A stretch of DNA of 63,951 nucleotides, filler included, from Octopus bimaculoides (Eukaryota): NCBI RefSeq assembly GCF_001194135.2. It is 7 parts of 7 records of this genome, joined end to end, with 100 filler letters (N's around TTAATTAATTAA, not from the genome) between each part and the next. Parts side by side here need not be neighbours in the genome. Positions count along the whole stretch, not along the records: positions 60,998 to 62,663 come from NC_068988.1; positions 62,764 to 63,951 come from NC_068984.1; 5 more parts are not named here. One strand, given 5' to 3'. Below are positions 62,227-63,951 of this stretch, one piece after another. The position numbers and the translations under genes were made by a program. The notes beneath the pieces are model-generated. The model searched no databases. It was not told where the DNA came from and saw only the letters and a program-made list of their open reading frames with translations. The stretch's first letter is position 1, and the number at the start of each line of letters is the position of its first letter.

Positions 62227-62431
62227 AATGCATAACAAAAAACAGCAGAACTAACAAGTATATATAGCATATAGAAAGTATCACTACCATGCAACGCACA
62301 AAGCTATGATAGATTTCTAAGGTACCACGCTGTAGAACCAAACCCGTGACCACCTTGTTGCGAAGCGAAATTTCTAACCGCACAGCCTATATAAATTTGT
62401 GTTATAAATAGCTTTGTGTAATATGCATTTA

Positions 62432-62462
<31 letters not shown>

Positions 62463-62803
62463 CATACATACGAAAAAACGATAAACGTCGCCCTTTCAAA
62501 GCCTAACCAGGCTCATGGGCCCGGTTTCCCGGTTTCTATGGCGTATGTGTTCCCCCCAGCTAGACGGAACGCCAGTCCATCGCAGCGTTACTCAAGAAAC
62601 AGGAAGAAAGAGTGAGAGAAAGGTGGGGCGAAAGAGTACAACAGGGGTCGCCCCCCCCTGCCGNNNNNNNNNNNNNNNNNNNNNNNNNNNNNNNNNNNNN
62701 NNNNNNNTTAATTAATTAANNNNNNNNNNNNNNNNNNNNNNNNNNNNNNNNNNNNNNNNNNNNAAAATTCAAATGGCATTTATAAATATCTGCTTAATTT
62801 CAG

Positions 62804-62937
62804 CACACAAAACCTGGTATGGATCTGAAGGAACACGACCATTTTGGGATTACATCCGAGTCGCTTGTCAGGGTGTTGCACATAACTGCATCGAGAGCAT
62901 AAATACAATTGAAAATATTCGTTCTCCTCATGCAAAA
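62804..62937 (+). CDS. RUNDC3: RUN-domain exon of RUNDC3A/B (RPIP8)-like gene
   Basis: ttaatttcag / gtaagt, 134 nt, phase 1 to 0. (A)[44 protein letters not shown], compared with RUNDC3B [43 protein letters not shown]. Confidence 0.88.
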
Positions 62938-63641
62938 GTAAGTAGTATTATTAGTTTCAGTTATCTTATAAATTTTTGGTTTGAAGTATCCAAGTTACAT
63001 GTCAATATTTTTGATGGTGGATTTTCTTTTTGTCACACTGAAAGGAGAAAGCAGCAGCTGTGCTGAGAAAAGTGAAAAACAGGGGAAGAAACTGCTATAA
63101 AGTGTGGTGGATTAGATAGATAAATAGATAGGTGGAAGATTGACTGGATGTAAGTCAGCAGTTTGTGATACAGGCAGGCTACTATATAAAATGATAGTCT
63201 AATAAAGGGTGGGATAGAAAGCAAAGTGAGAGGAAGAGAAAGTTTAAGTGTGAGAGGGAAGGTGATAAGAAGAAAGATAAAATTCTCCAATAGAGAGGTA
63301 ATGTATTTGGATATGCACATTTGTGTGTGTGTGTGTACATGTGTAGTTATATATAGGTTAATTGCTGTTAAAAGAAGACCATGTGAATATTGAAATAATG
63401 TTCTTTTGTTATGTAACATATCATTCTTTATTATAAAAGATTGCTCTCACTGTTGACATACTATATGCATATCTTTTAGTTTTGTTCTTATCAAACTGGA
63501 AAAATTAATGTTAAACTTGTAAAGAATTTAAAAACTTATTTTGTACTCAGCTGAATTATTGATGAAGGATTCTTACATGTTTGTTTTGATATTCAAAAAA
63601 TATATATTTCATTATACTACATAAAATTACATGCTCTATTA

Positions 63642-63951
63642 TCTATATATATAAAAATGAGAATGTGTGTCTGTCTGTCTGTGTGTGTGTGTGTGAATCC
63701 CTAAAACTCGAGAACTACGCAAACAATTTCATTCAAATTTTACAGATGCCTTACTTAGGGTTCCAGTTGTGTTTTAGTCAAAAAAAATTTTTAACTTTCT
63801 TGCAGAGTTCGAGCCCACGGCAACATAATATCTCCTCCACTATTTAAGTATTACATGTCAAAAGTGAAACAAAAACACTCATGTCAAATACTTTCACTTT
63901 AAAAATGAAACTATTCCACTAACTGAAACAATCACATTTCGATACTGTAAT
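63642..63951 (+). mobile_element. Helitron 5' end (runs off the window)
   Basis: A|TCTATATATATAAAAATGAG start. The following sequence matches the 5' part of the Helitron at 17218-17840. Confidence 0.7.

Overview
Repeat-rich, AT-rich, microsatellite-dense animal genomic DNA from a gapped draft assembly. The repeat repertoire and gene architecture suggest an octopus/cephalopod (inference; no search run). Four host genes are recognisable from spliced exons translated by eye. (1) BRCA1: three consecutive BRCT-region exons, of which two lie on the minus strand (2285-2372, 1265-1389) and the next on the plus strand (6561-6696). The first 3.8 kb block is bounded by a perfect 145-bp inverted repeat, so it is either mis-oriented in the assembly or truly inverted. 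(2) A lone DLC1/STARD13-type RhoGAP exon (20725-20913, +). (3) The 3' half of ZDHHC6 (5 exons, 47801-54456, -), whose DHHC catalytic exons are not visible. (4) One RUNDC3-type RUN-domain exon (62804-62937, +). Most of the rest is decayed mobile DNA: RTE and R4/Dong-like LINEs, Penelope-like elements (with a minimal hammerhead ribozyme in a ZDHHC6 intron in sense orientation, and a ~350-bp palindrome), a Gypsy LTR element, two Tc1-family elements (one DD37E with IR/DR ends), Helitrons with recognisable termini, MITEs and many SINEs. Several unassigned candidate exons are flagged. Exon coordinates were counted to splice sites. Repeat boundaries are approximate unless termini are stated. No prokaryotic-type system (CRISPR etc.) is present.
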